A stretch of DNA of 64,000 nt, taken from the NCBI GenBank assembly GCA_004212155.1, contig RXIG01000019.1:1-64000 (forward strand), in the 5' to 3' direction. Below, piece after piece: positions 39,862-49,063 of this stretch. The notes under the pieces are model-generated. The model saw only the letters and a program-made list of their open reading frames with translations, searched no databases and was not told the origin of the DNA. The DNA is from an archaeon (GTDB lineage Archaea; Methanobacteriota_B; Thermococci; Methanofastidiosales; NM3). The translations under genes and the position numbers were made by a program. The stretch's first letter is position 1; each line of letters starts with the position of its first letter.

Positions 39862-40622
39862 TTCTTCTCAGCCCCCATAAGGAGTGTCGCGATGGTGCAA
39901 AAGCCGCTTAGCACCTTGAGCGCAATGCCAATGTTGAGATATGGTATGATGCCTGCGTTGGTCGAGTCAGGATACTTCAGGAGCTCCTGGAGCGTCTCTC
40001 CGACGCCGAGAGGGTAGATATTTGCCCCCACGTTGTAGAGGTAGTATCCCGACACGGCAAGACCTACGAGACCAAGGCACAGATAGATTAGCGCGCCGAT
40101 GCCCTCCAGTCGCTCGAGGTTATGGTGTGATATGCTAAACACGTTGTGCTTGAATCCAAAGACGACGACTGAAAGGAAGAACGCCGTGGCGATCACCGAC
40201 CCGCCCTGGAATCCTCCGCCCGGGGTGATGTGGCCACCGAGGGTAAGCACCAGACCGAGCGCGACGATGATGAAGACGAGCGGCGCCGAAAAGATCTTTT
40301 GCACAACGGTCGGAGGCCTGACGGGCGTCGTGTCCTTCTGGCTCACGTCGCCGCCGAGCACGCCGCGCCCGAAGAGTATTCCCGTGGTGAAGACGGCAGT
40401 TATGAGTATGAACGCCTCGCCGAGGGTATCGTAGGCTCGCCAGTCAAATAGGACGACGGTCACCATATTCGGGGCTATGAGCGGCCCTTTCAGGTTGTAT
40501 ATGTAGCTCGTTCCCGGTATGATGTCGAAGTTGAACATTGAATGTATGAGGAAATAGGAGAAGATGCCCAAAAATACTGCAGCCAACAAGTTCCTCATCT
40601 GTTGTGATCCTCTGTCCTCCAT
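39858..40622 (-). CDS. ehbI: Ehb MnhB-like subunit (EhbH-EhbI fusion)
   Basis: N-half 'APNMVTVVLFDWRAYDTLGE' (EhbH-like); C-half 'GGHITPGGGFQGG' (EhbI/MnhB). Confidence 0.8.
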   Translation of the reverse strand: MEDRGSQQMRNLLAAVFLGIFSYFLIHSMFNFDIIPGTSYIYNLKGPLIAPNMVTVVLFDWRAYDTLGEAFILITAVFTTGILFGRGVLGGDVSQKDTTPVRPPTVVQKIFSAPLVFIIVALGLVLTLGGHITPGGGFQGGSVIATAFFLSVVVFGFKHNVFSISHHNLERLEGIGALIYLCLGLVGLAVSGYYLYNVGANIYPLGVGETLQELLKYPDSTNAGIIPYLNIGIALKVLSGFCTIATLLMGAEKK

Positions 40623-40633
40623 GATGATGCCTC

Positions 40634-40939
40634 CTAGAATCCCCCTACGATGATGAACAGCACGAGTCCCATCACGATGGCGACATAGAATGCTGCGGTA
40701 TTGAAGTGATAGTTGTTCTCCCTGTTCGCCCGTAGCACGAGCGGCATCGTGATCGCGATGGCCGCGGTGAGGAGGATGGCAAGCACTGCCACTGTGATGT
40801 TGTTGAGCCCTCGCACCAGTGCGACGAAGACGAGCGGGAAGAACACGAGGAACATGTACTCGGCTGCAAGGCCGCTGCCAACGTGCGTGCCCCCGAATGA
40901 TTTGAGCTTGTCATGCAAGTAGTCGTAGATATCGTCCAT
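40634..40939 (-). CDS. ehbG: Ehb small membrane subunit G
   Basis: 3 TM helices; position between ehbF and ehbH/I. Confidence 0.65.
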   Translation of the reverse strand: MDDIYDYLHDKLKSFGGTHVGSGLAAEYMFLVFFPLVFVALVRGLNNITVAVLAILLTAAIAITMPLVLRANRENNYHFNTAAFYVAIVMGLVLFIIVGGF

Positions 40940-40942
40940 TGT

Positions 40943-42424
40943 TTACCACCCCACCATTACGTTGAGTGCGACGTCAGCTATCCTGTCATAGAACGGCATA
41001 GGAAACAGCCCGATGCCGATGCATGCCAGGCACAGTATGACGAGTGCAGCGAGCGTGACCTTGGGCAATGCGTTGCTGATACGCACCTTCTCGAGCGCCA
41101 TGACCGTCGTCTCCTCGCGTAGGAACGTGAGGTAGAATCCCTTCATCAGCGCAACGAATGTGAGTATCGTGCCAAGGATCACCAGCACACCGAGCTCGGG
41201 GTATCCTGCGGCCACCGTCGATTCGATGATCCGGAACTCGCTCTGATATGCGTTAAACGGGGGTATGCCCGACACGGCGAGGATGCCGATGATCTGCAGG
41301 AATGCAAGACGCGGCGCCTTTGAGAGCAGCCCCCCGAGCTTCGTGAGATCTGAGGTCTTCGCCCGCTCGTATATGAAGTACACAGTGATGAAAAGCAGCG
41401 ACATGGCGATTGCATCGTTGATGGCATGGAATATCCCGGCCGCGATGCCTGCCGCCGTGCCGAGGCTTATGCCCACGCCGACCAGCCCTGCCTGTGAAAC
41501 AGCGCTGTATGCAAGGAGCCGGCGAAAGTCTGTCTGCATCATTGCCATAACGGCACCAAATACCATCGTCGCTATCGAGAGGCCGAGCATGACTGCCGTC
41601 ATGTTCGAATAACCACCAAAGAGCCGAAGCAAGATGATGCCTATAGCTACGAGCATGAGCTTCGTCTCGGTCTGGAGGAGCGCTGCAACATCGGGCTTGG
41701 CCGCGCTGTAGAGATTTGACTTGATCGAGTGGAAGGGGAAGATCCCCGATTCGAACAGCCATCCTATTACGAGCAATGCCACCGCGGTCAGCACCACGGG
41801 ATCGCCGACGGAGCCGCCAATCGCCTGGTGCAAATCGCTGATGTTGAGCACACCGTAGGTACCAAGGAGCAGCGCGATCCCGAAGAGGATGGAACCCCCT
41901 GCTATTCCGCCGAAGACGAGGTATTTGAACGCTGCCTTGTACGCATCCGCACCTCCATGCGCGATGACAATGGCCGCCTGGGATATTGTTGCGATCTCGA
42001 TGAAGACGAACATGTTGAAGATGTCGTTTACCATCACGACGGCGCTCACGGCAGCAATGCTGAGCATGATCATCGAGAGGTAAACGCCTGATACGCGTTT
42101 TTCATTTGACGTATGTGATACGACCACGAAGGTCGCTATGACGGCAAGCAAGAATACGAGGGCCTTTTGCAAGAAGGCGAACGAATACTCGATGGCAAGG
42201 TTGATCTCGGGGATGACGATCTTTGAGGCTGGAAGCGCGTCGTCGACCGGATGGGCACCAAAGAGGTGTGACCCGTAGGCTGTAAGAAGCGGCACCGCCA
42301 AAACGACGATCATCGCCACCGTGCCGAAGATGCGCACCGCACGCTGCTTGCCATGCATGAGGTTGAGAAGGATTGCAGCAATAAGCGGAAAGACCACCAT
42401 GAGGGGTATGAGCTCTGAGTTCAT
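40943..42424 (-). CDS. ehbF: Ehb antiporter-like subunit F (MrpD/NuoM-like)
   Basis: DIFNMFVFIEI, AAFKYL, GIFPFH, LLAYSAVSQ, GIPPFNAYQSE. Confidence 0.88.
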   Translation of the reverse strand: MNSELIPLMVVFPLIAAILLNLMHGKQRAVRIFGTVAMIVVLAVPLLTAYGSHLFGAHPVDDALPASKIVIPEINLAIEYSFAFLQKALVFLLAVIATFVVVSHTSNEKRVSGVYLSMIMLSIAAVSAVVMVNDIFNMFVFIEIATISQAAIVIAHGGADAYKAAFKYLVFGGIAGGSILFGIALLLGTYGVLNISDLHQAIGGSVGDPVVLTAVALLVIGWLFESGIFPFHSIKSNLYSAAKPDVAALLQTETKLMLVAIGIILLRLFGGYSNMTAVMLGLSIATMVFGAVMAMMQTDFRRLLAYSAVSQAGLVGVGISLGTAAGIAAGIFHAINDAIAMSLLFITVYFIYERAKTSDLTKLGGLLSKAPRLAFLQIIGILAVSGIPPFNAYQSEFRIIESTVAAGYPELGVLVILGTILTFVALMKGFYLTFLREETTVMALEKVRISNALPKVTLAALVILCLACIGIGLFPMPFYDRIADVALNVMVGW

Positions 42425-42813
42425 GATTCGTCCTCCTTGAATATTGTTGTTACCGAAAGTGAGTTGTACCGTTGATAGAGCTTAATCGTGAGTCCTAGGA
42501 GCACCGCAAGCGTTGAAGCACCGATCACGATGTTGGTAAGCACGAGGGCAAACGGCAATGAATATGCTGCCTGGTCGGCAAAGCCTTGGAACAATCCGGA
42601 GGCATTGTTGTAGAGCTCCTCACCGATGATGGGCACGATGCCACCCGGCTTGAATCCCGACGTGATGAGCACGAGATTCACGGCATCGCCTATGAGCATG
42701 ACCCCGATTACCTTCTTGATGAGATTTTCCATGAAGACGATCGCATACAGACCTACGATGAACATGAGCCCCGCAGTCACAAATGACCAAACCTGTACAT
42801 CAGCGCCATTCAT
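42421..42813 (-). CDS. ehbE: Ehb subunit E (MnhC-like)
   Basis: NLIKKVIG, GIVPI, PFALVLTNIVIG. Confidence 0.85.
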   Translation of the reverse strand: MNGADVQVWSFVTAGLMFIVGLYAIVFMENLIKKVIGVMLIGDAVNLVLITSGFKPGGIVPIIGEELYNNASGLFQGFADQAAYSLPFALVLTNIVIGASTLAVLLGLTIKLYQRYNSLSVTTIFKEDES

Positions 42814-43064
42814 TCCTCAGACCTCCGTGTCTTGAAAACTGTGATTGCAATGAGGCCTGGTATGAGCGCAGACCCGAGTATGGCCTGCGTGATCGCCACG
42901 TCTGCGGCAAGGAGACGCTGGTAAAGCAGCGCAAGCCCAAGGCCCTGGAATCCGATGATGACCACCATCTTCATGAGGTCCTTTTGCACCAGTGCCATGA
43001 TCGACCCGGCGATGATGGCAAACATCAATACAAACTCAATAATTATCTCCAGCACCCCCATCAT
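42810..43064 (-). CDS. ehbD: Ehb subunit D (DUF4040-like)
   Basis: KDL, LLAADVAITQAILG. Confidence 0.8.
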   Translation of the reverse strand: MMGVLEIIIEFVLMFAIIAGSIMALVQKDLMKMVVIIGFQGLGLALLYQRLLAADVAITQAILGSALIPGLIAITVFKTRRSEE

Positions 43065-43320
43065 AATGGGCCTTGGCGATAGAATGCACCGCCACCGGCG
43101 TGAGTATGAAATAAAGCACTGCCACCAACGCGATCATAGGTTTTCCGAAAAACAAGAGCGTGATGATGCATGCGAAATCGACGACGCCGATGATGTGAAG
43201 CCGTGCATAAAGAATATTGGCGATCTTCTCAAACCGCATCAATCCAAACGCGGCGACAAACAGGAGCGAACCGGTAAACAAGAAGACGATCGCCTGTAAG
43301 ATAGAAATGTCTGCATTCAC
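43036..43320 (-). CDS. ehbC: Ehb subunit C (MnhG-like)
   Basis: AAFGLMRF..LYARLHI.G, LTPVAVHSIA; GTG start overlapping the ehbB stop. Confidence 0.8.
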   Translation of the reverse strand: MNADISILQAIVFLFTGSLLFVAAFGLMRFEKIANILYARLHIIGVVDFACIITLLFFGKPMIALVAVLYFILTPVAVHSIAKAHYDGGAGDNY

Positions 43321-43586
43321 TGGAATCCTCCTCCATTCAAGAGCTTTGCGATGATGATCGTCCCCACAGGACCCAACACAAGCAGATAGAGCGCTATGTC
43401 TGCCGAAAAGGATATGGGAACGACCTCGCCGAGCACGACCAACCCTGTGGCGGTCGCGACGCATGCACCGGAGAGTCCAGCCAGTGCAGATGTAGTCCCT
43501 TTTCGAGAGGCCACCCGAAGGCTCGCAAGGACGGTAAAGCTCAATGCAATGATCAAATAATAGAGACTTGCATCATAGATATTCAT
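43317..43586 (-). CDS. ehbB: Ehb subunit B (MnhF-like)
   Basis: 3 TM helices; DIALYLLVLGPVGTIIIAK. Confidence 0.8.
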   Translation of the reverse strand: MNIYDASLYYLIIALSFTVLASLRVASRKGTTSALAGLSGACVATATGLVVLGEVVPISFSADIALYLLVLGPVGTIIIAKLLNGGGFQ

Positions 43587-43900
43587 TCAAACATCCCCTT
43601 AATGTACTTCTCAAAAGGGATAATAGCCGATTGGTCGCGTGGCGTCAGAACCGTTACCGTAAGCTTTTGCGCCTTGTTGTCAACGTCGATGGTGAGCGTG
43701 CCCGGGGTCAACGTGATGGAGTTTGCAAGGAAGGTCTGTGATATTTCTTTCCTCAATACGGTGTTTATGACCTTCTTCTCCGGTTTGATGGTACCCCTGA
43801 GTGCCAGATAGACGACGTTGAGCGCAGACATGGTAATATAATAAAGAAGAACAACGACATACGCAACAGCATAAAAAGGACGTGCGAGATTATTACCCAT
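43583..43900 (-). CDS. ehbA: Ehb subunit A (MnhE-like)
   Basis: LANSITLTPGTLTIDVD signature. Confidence 0.87.
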   Translation of the reverse strand: MGNNLARPFYAVAYVVVLLYYITMSALNVVYLALRGTIKPEKKVINTVLRKEISQTFLANSITLTPGTLTIDVDNKAQKLTVTVLTPRDQSAIIPFEKYIKGMFE

Positions 43901-43956
43901 TATCTCCCCTCATAAAAACGTCTGATTTTTGATATTAAACGTACTTCTAGAGAATA

Positions 43957-43971
43957 CTTATAAACTTTTTG
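43957..43971 (-). promoter_or_regulatory. BRE plus TATA box of the ehb operon
   Basis: Minus strand reads AAAAAG-TTTATAAG about 57 nt upstream of ehbA; GAGGGG RBS-like motif before the ATG. Confidence 0.6.
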
Positions 43972-44400
43972 GGTAATGAGTGAAGCGCATTTAACCATTA
44001 AGCGTAGAATTGCCTCTATTGCACATATAATATCATACTTTATGTTCGCTCGTTCTACGAACCCATCCCCTAGTATCACAAAACGGTCTATGCCCCCCCT
44101 CGGGCCGTTTGCTTTAAATGTTTTTCATTGCCATTGCGCCCATACGAGACGCGCATCCGGTAAATCCACTGCTCGTGGGATGTCGCTCCCCATTCGTTGC
44201 AAGGGGCTGCAATGTGATTCCATTCAACCACAAGAGACGATGATGATAGTGCCGTTTCACCCCGTTCACAGGGGCTTTCGTTCGTGGCAGGATGCCTTTC
44301 AAAAGAATTTTTCATGTGAAAAGACCGTTAAATACCGAAATCTTTTTATAATTACTAAAACCTATAAAATATAGCTATTTTTTCCAAAGGAGGCTAGGAC

Positions 44401-44673
44401 ATGACAGAAGAAAATGTTGTATATGTTGGCAACAAACCACCTATGAGCTACGTGCTTGCAGTGACGACACAATTTAACAACGGAGCAAATGAAGTGGTGC
44501 TCAAGGCGAGAGGAAAAGCAATCTCGCGTGCTGTCGATGTGGCAGAGATCGTCAGGAACCGCTTTATACCAGAAGCACTGGTGGACGCCATAACAACAGG
44601 TACCGAGGAGCTTCCCCGAAAAGAGGGTGGAACGACAAATACTTCAACGATAGAAATCGTGTTGAAGAAGTAA
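44401..44673 (+). CDS. albA: DNA/RNA-binding protein Alba
   Basis: [37 protein letters not shown]; GGAGG RBS. Confidence 0.96.
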   Translation: MTEENVVYVGNKPPMSYVLAVTTQFNNGANEVVLKARGKAISRAVDVAEIVRNRFIPEALVDAITTGTEELPRKEGGTTNTSTIEIVLKK

Positions 44674-44696
44674 CCCGAATACGTGGGTTCTTTACT

Positions 44697-45203
44697 ATGA
44701 AATCCCCAATTTGTGACATTTGCTTAAAATCTGGCATATTATGCCCTGGATGCCAGGAAAAAGTGATCAAGGGTGAGATATCCGAGCTTGAGGTAGAGAT
44801 ATCCCTGAAGCTCTACAACCTGCTTCAGAAGTACAAGATGCCCCAGGAACTCACCTTTCACAAGGCGATCGAAACCGACGATACGGTGGTACTCGTCGTC
44901 GGTGAGAACCAGATCGGTACCATCGTGGGGAAGGGGGGCAAGGTAGTAAAGAGCCTGCAAAAGGACCTCGAAAAGAAGATACGGGTCATCGAGAATACTG
45001 ACGACATCAAAAAAATAGCACAGGACCTCATACACCCTGCCCGGATCGCGGGCATAAACATACTGTACCTGCCCGGAGGGGGGACGAAGAAGAAGTTGCG
45101 CATTCCAGTAGAGGATGAAAAAAAGCTTCCCATCGACACAAGCATCGTCGAGGACATCATTCTACGTATGGCGGGAGAATCTGTGGACGTCGTCATAGAG
45201 TGA
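44697..45203 (+). CDS. Archaeal NusA-like KH-domain protein with N-terminal Zn finger
   Basis: PICDICLKSGILCPGC, IVGKGGK KH loop, LIHPARIAGIN. Confidence 0.85.
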   Translation: MKSPICDICLKSGILCPGCQEKVIKGEISELEVEISLKLYNLLQKYKMPQELTFHKAIETDDTVVLVVGENQIGTIVGKGGKVVKSLQKDLEKKIRVIENTDDIKKIAQDLIHPARIAGINILYLPGGGTKKKLRIPVEDEKKLPIDTSIVEDIILRMAGESVDVVIE

Positions 45204-45221
45204 AAACACTGAGGGAACATC

Positions 45222-46472
45222 ATGGACTCTATCAAAGGATGGGTACACGAAGTGAGAGACATAGGTGGCATCAAGTTTGTCATCGTCCGAAACAGGAATG
45301 GATTATATCAAGTAACGCTTCCGAAGAAGAAGGTGTCAGAGGATATCTTCTCCTTTGTCGACACGCTTTCGAGGGAGGACGTCATCGAGGTGAGTGGGAC
45401 GTTCCAGGAAGCCCGGTCGCGCGACTTTTCGACCGAGCTCATACCTGATGACATACGTATCATTAATAAATCGGCGACACCCCTGCCCCTCGACCCGAGC
45501 GAGAAGGTGCACGCCGAGCTCGACACGCGCCTCGACAACAGATTCCTCGATATACGACGCCCCGCCATTCAGGCGATCTTCAAGGTTCGCCATGCGCTCA
45601 TCAAGCATGCTCGCGATTATCTGGATTCACAGGGATTTCTTGAAATACACACATCAAAGATCATCTCCACCGCATCCGAGGGTGGTACGGAGCTCTTTCC
45701 GGTGAAGTATTTCGAGAAACAGGCCTACCTGACCCAGTCGCCACAGCTCTACAAGCAGATGGCGATGGCAGGCGGATTCGAGCGAACGTATGAGATCGCT
45801 TGGTACTTCAGGGCTGAGGACCACAATACGACGCGCCACCTGAACGAAGCGACAGCCATCGACATAGAGATGTCGTTTATCGAGAGCGAAGAGGACATCA
45901 TGCAGGTGCTCGAGCAGCTCATCCATCACGCGATAAAAGGGGTCGTCAATGACTGCCAGGACGAGCTGGAGACGCTTGGTGTAGAGATAAAGGTCCCATC
46001 CGTTCCGTTCAAACGCATATCCTACGATGAGGCCATCGAACTCCTTCAGGGAAAGGGCATGGCCATAGAGTGGGGTGAGGACCTCGGCACCGAGAGCGAA
46101 CGGATCATCGGGGAGGAGATGGTCACCCAGGGGCACGAGTACTACTTCATCAAACGCTACCCCCGCAACAAGGTGTTCTACATACAACCCGAAGGGAGGT
46201 ACTGCAGGGGATTTGACCTTGACTGCAAGGGGCTGGAACTTACCTCTGGCGGGCAGCGCTGCCATGAGTACGACACGATCGTCGAACGGATCGAGGAGTT
46301 TGGCATGAATCCCGACAACTTCGAGGACTATCTCAAGATCTTCAGGTACGGCATGCCGACACACGGCGGGTTCGGATTCGGTCTCGAGCGCTGGCTCATG
46401 ATGATACTCGATCTCAAGAACGTGAGGGAGTGCATACTGTTCCCGCGCGATAGGCATCGCACAACACCATGA
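45222..46472 (+). CDS. aspS: Aspartate--tRNA ligase (archaeal type)
   Basis: GWVHEVRDIGG, TRLDNRFLDIR, SEGGTELF, LTQSPQLYKQ, FRAE..NT.RHLNE, GMPTHGGFGFGLER, FPRD. Confidence 0.95.
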   Translation: MDSIKGWVHEVRDIGGIKFVIVRNRNGLYQVTLPKKKVSEDIFSFVDTLSREDVIEVSGTFQEARSRDFSTELIPDDIRIINKSATPLPLDPSEKVHAELDTRLDNRFLDIRRPAIQAIFKVRHALIKHARDYLDSQGFLEIHTSKIISTASEGGTELFPVKYFEKQAYLTQSPQLYKQMAMAGGFERTYEIAWYFRAEDHNTTRHLNEATAIDIEMSFIESEEDIMQVLEQLIHHAIKGVVNDCQDELETLGVEIKVPSVPFKRISYDEAIELLQGKGMAIEWGEDLGTESERIIGEEMVTQGHEYYFIKRYPRNKVFYIQPEGRYCRGFDLDCKGLELTSGGQRCHEYDTIVERIEEFGMNPDNFEDYLKIFRYGMPTHGGFGFGLERWLMMILDLKNVRECILFPRDRHRTTP

Positions 46473-46524
46473 GCGCCCTGTTCTTGGAAAACTATATAAT
46501 ATCCCACTTTCTTTCTTATTATAT

Positions 46525-47001
46525 ATGCAGATAGCCGTGATAGGGTCGGCCATCGAGGACGACCCCGGTATCCTTTCGATGGCCCATGACCTCGGGGCCG
46601 CCCTCGCACAAAAGGGCCACATCATCATTTGCGGCGGCGGGGGAGGCATCATGGAAGCGGTGTCGCACGGAGCCTGCGAGGCGGACGGGACCGTAGTAGG
46701 GGTACTGCCATCAAACGAGCGCCACACGGGAAACAGATTCCTTACTGCAGAGGTAGTCACGGGGCTGCACGAGATGAGAAATGCGGTCGTTGTGGCCAGC
46801 GGCGATATCGTCCTCGCGTTCCCGGGGGCATTTGGAACGCTCTCTGAACTAGCGTTCGCAATGAAGTATGACAAACCGATCGTCGTCGTACAGCCGGAGC
46901 ACTTCTTCCTCGACTTCACGCTCATTCCTTATACACGACTTACCTTTGCATGGAATCTACGGGACATAATCAACTCAATCGAGGAATATGATGATCTTTG
47001 A
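46525..47001 (+). CDS. TIGR00725/LOG-like Rossmann-fold protein
   Basis: IAVIGS, CGGGGGIMEAV, RNAVVV, GAFGTLSEL. Confidence 0.88.
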   Translation: MQIAVIGSAIEDDPGILSMAHDLGAALAQKGHIIICGGGGGIMEAVSHGACEADGTVVGVLPSNERHTGNRFLTAEVVTGLHEMRNAVVVASGDIVLAFPGAFGTLSELAFAMKYDKPIVVVQPEHFFLDFTLIPYTRLTFAWNLRDIINSIEEYDDL

Positions 47002-48280
47002 CAAGATATTCGGGAAAAAGGATGAAAAGAAACACGAACGGCCCATTCATGTGAATGAGCTAGACCAATTTATCGCTGAGCGAACGGATACGCTCAACAC
47101 AAGGGTCGAGGAGGAAACGAGCCGACCGCTTGGCCTTATCGAGAACTCATTTTCTAACATAGAGGGGATCATCGAAGACCTCAGGTCAAAGGAACTCGAA
47201 GAAGAGGTTGTGAAACGGCTTGAAAACATCACCATCACCTCTCAGAAGAAGTTCTGCCAGAGCATGGACAAGTCCTTGGAGAAACGTACGGCATTGACAT
47301 CGATTGCAACGTATCCTGCGCTCGAGGAGTATATCGAGACGACACGGTCCGTTCTACAGTCGATGGACAAGATACGCGCCACACACGGGAGATATCTTGG
47401 CATTGCTTTTGAATCGAGCATGAAGGAGCTGGGAAAGGAGATCAAGGTGGTGGCTGACGCGCTTGGGCTTCTCTCCAACATCGCGGCTGACATCAATGAT
47501 GAATGGACGTCGCTTCGGGAACTCAGGGAACTGCACGATGAGTACCGATCGCTTGATGAAGATGCATTGCAGGAACGCATCGCATCACTCGATGAGGAGG
47601 CAAGAAAGATTGCTAACGAACTGTCCATTGTAAAGGAACATATTGAGCAGTATAAACAGTCGGATAAGCACAAAACATACCTGGAGCTTCGAAGAAGGGC
47701 GAGTGAGGCGGAAGCGGAAGTGGACGAGCTCAACAATCGCATATATGGGTACATTGCCCCGCTCAAGCGAGACCTGAAAAAGCTCAAGAAGGCTGCAGAC
47801 AATGAGAAGTGCAGAATGACCTCGGATGTTTATCACAAGATCGAGGAGACACTCGAGACACCCATGAAAAGCCTTGCCGGGGAATCCGAGGGACTCGCCG
47901 AGACGAAACGAATGGTCGAACAGCTCCGCGACGCTCTCATGGACGGCACGCTCCAGGAAAAGGATGCCAAGCGCCAAAAGACCCTTGAGGAATGTTCAGC
48001 CATCATCAACGGTGCGCTCGATGACATCGTACGGTCGTATGTCGATGCACTTGCGCGTTTCGAAAAGCTCAACGAGCAAGTAGGGAACTATTCACTTCAC
48101 GAACTCGAGGAACTTCGTCACAAGAAGGGACAGCTCGAATCACAACGCCAGCGGATTGAAGAACGCATAAAGAGAGAAAAACACGCAAAGTCATCATCAC
48201 AAGAACGAAAACAAGTGTTACAGTCGGAATTGCAGGACATTCTCAATCATATCGACCCCAATGCATCGTTAGATTTTTAA
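46988..48280 (+). CDS. Hypothetical long coiled-coil protein
   Basis: 430 aa, E/K/L-rich helical sequence; N-terminus MIFDKIFGKK. Confidence 0.8.
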   Translation: MMIFDKIFGKKDEKKHERPIHVNELDQFIAERTDTLNTRVEEETSRPLGLIENSFSNIEGIIEDLRSKELEEEVVKRLENITITSQKKFCQSMDKSLEKRTALTSIATYPALEEYIETTRSVLQSMDKIRATHGRYLGIAFESSMKELGKEIKVVADALGLLSNIAADINDEWTSLRELRELHDEYRSLDEDALQERIASLDEEARKIANELSIVKEHIEQYKQSDKHKTYLELRRRASEAEAEVDELNNRIYGYIAPLKRDLKKLKKAADNEKCRMTSDVYHKIEETLETPMKSLAGESEGLAETKRMVEQLRDALMDGTLQEKDAKRQKTLEECSAIINGALDDIVRSYVDALARFEKLNEQVGNYSLHELEELRHKKGQLESQRQRIEERIKREKHAKSSSQERKQVLQSELQDILNHIDPNASLDF

Positions 48281-48331
48281 TCATTAGCATCATATGTAAA
48301 ACAACCAAGTTTCATCTATGGAGGAATCATA

Positions 48332-49063
48332 TTGGCACTTTTTGGTGATAAGAAGTCTGATAAGCTCAAAAACAAGCTTTCAAAACTTGAACGTGAGAAT
48401 GAGGACCTAAAGGAACAGCTGGCAGAATACGAGAAGGTGTTTGGCAACTTCGAGGACATGAAGAAGGTTACCGACAGGGTGCGAGAGGAGAACAAGCGCC
48501 TGCTTGAAAAACTGGAGGAGAACGTGGAGGTCAAGAGCAAGATGCAAAAACGTATTGATGAGCTTACCCAGGCACTCAACGCGAAAAAGGAGGACTTCCA
48601 GCTCAACATCAGCGCGATGGAGTCCAAGGACGACAACATCGTTGTGGGGAACAACGTTGAGTTCACCGGCGGACTCTCGACGCCAAAGAACATCACAACG
48701 GGCGACAACGTGGTCATCCAGGGCGATGTCAACTGCAATGAGAAGGTCTCCCTTGGCAACTACAACAGGGTCGTCGGCAACGTGGCAGGTGACGCTGGCG
48801 TGCTCGTAGGCAACGGATGCCAACTCGAGAAGAACATCGTCTCACAGGGGCCCGTGAGCATTGGCGAGGACTGCAGGGTATCGCATGTGTCGACCGATGC
48901 TGACGTGCAGGTGGGCAAGAACACTGAAGTGAAAAAGATCACCTCTGGCGCTAACGTCTACCTCAAGGAGGGTGTTCACATCCATGACGGCATCGAGTAT
49001 AAGGGCTCCATAAACATTGAAAAGGATGTTACCATCGCCGGTGAGATAAAGACCCGTCAATGA
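48332..49063 (+). CDS. Coiled-coil plus bactofilin-like (polymer-forming) beta-helix protein
   Basis: About 95-aa coiled coil, then 17-18-aa repeats (VVIQGDVNCNEKVSLG/RVVGNVAGDAGVLVG...); TTG start after GGAGG. Confidence 0.7.
   Translation: MALFGDKKSDKLKNKLSKLERENEDLKEQLAEYEKVFGNFEDMKKVTDRVREENKRLLEKLEENVEVKSKMQKRIDELTQALNAKKEDFQLNISAMESKDDNIVVGNNVEFTGGLSTPKNITTGDNVVIQGDVNCNEKVSLGNYNRVVGNVAGDAGVLVGNGCQLEKNIVSQGPVSIGEDCRVSHVSTDADVQVGKNTEVKKITSGANVYLKEGVHIHDGIEYKGSINIEKDVTIAGEIKTRQ

Noticed and set aside
43892-43977. ATTACCC/GGGTAAT inverted repeat flanking the ehb promoter
   Set aside because: Only 7-8 bp, about 70 nt apart, with one arm inside ehbA coding sequence; likely chance.
43976-44374. 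132-aa ORF and overlapping short ORFs between ehbA and albA
   Set aside because: No recognisable motif or RBS, and it runs through the albA promoter elements.
45654-46925. 423-aa minus-strand ORF
   Set aside because: Antisense shadow of aspS and the TIGR00725 gene; no motifs. Such shadows are expected with high third-position GC.
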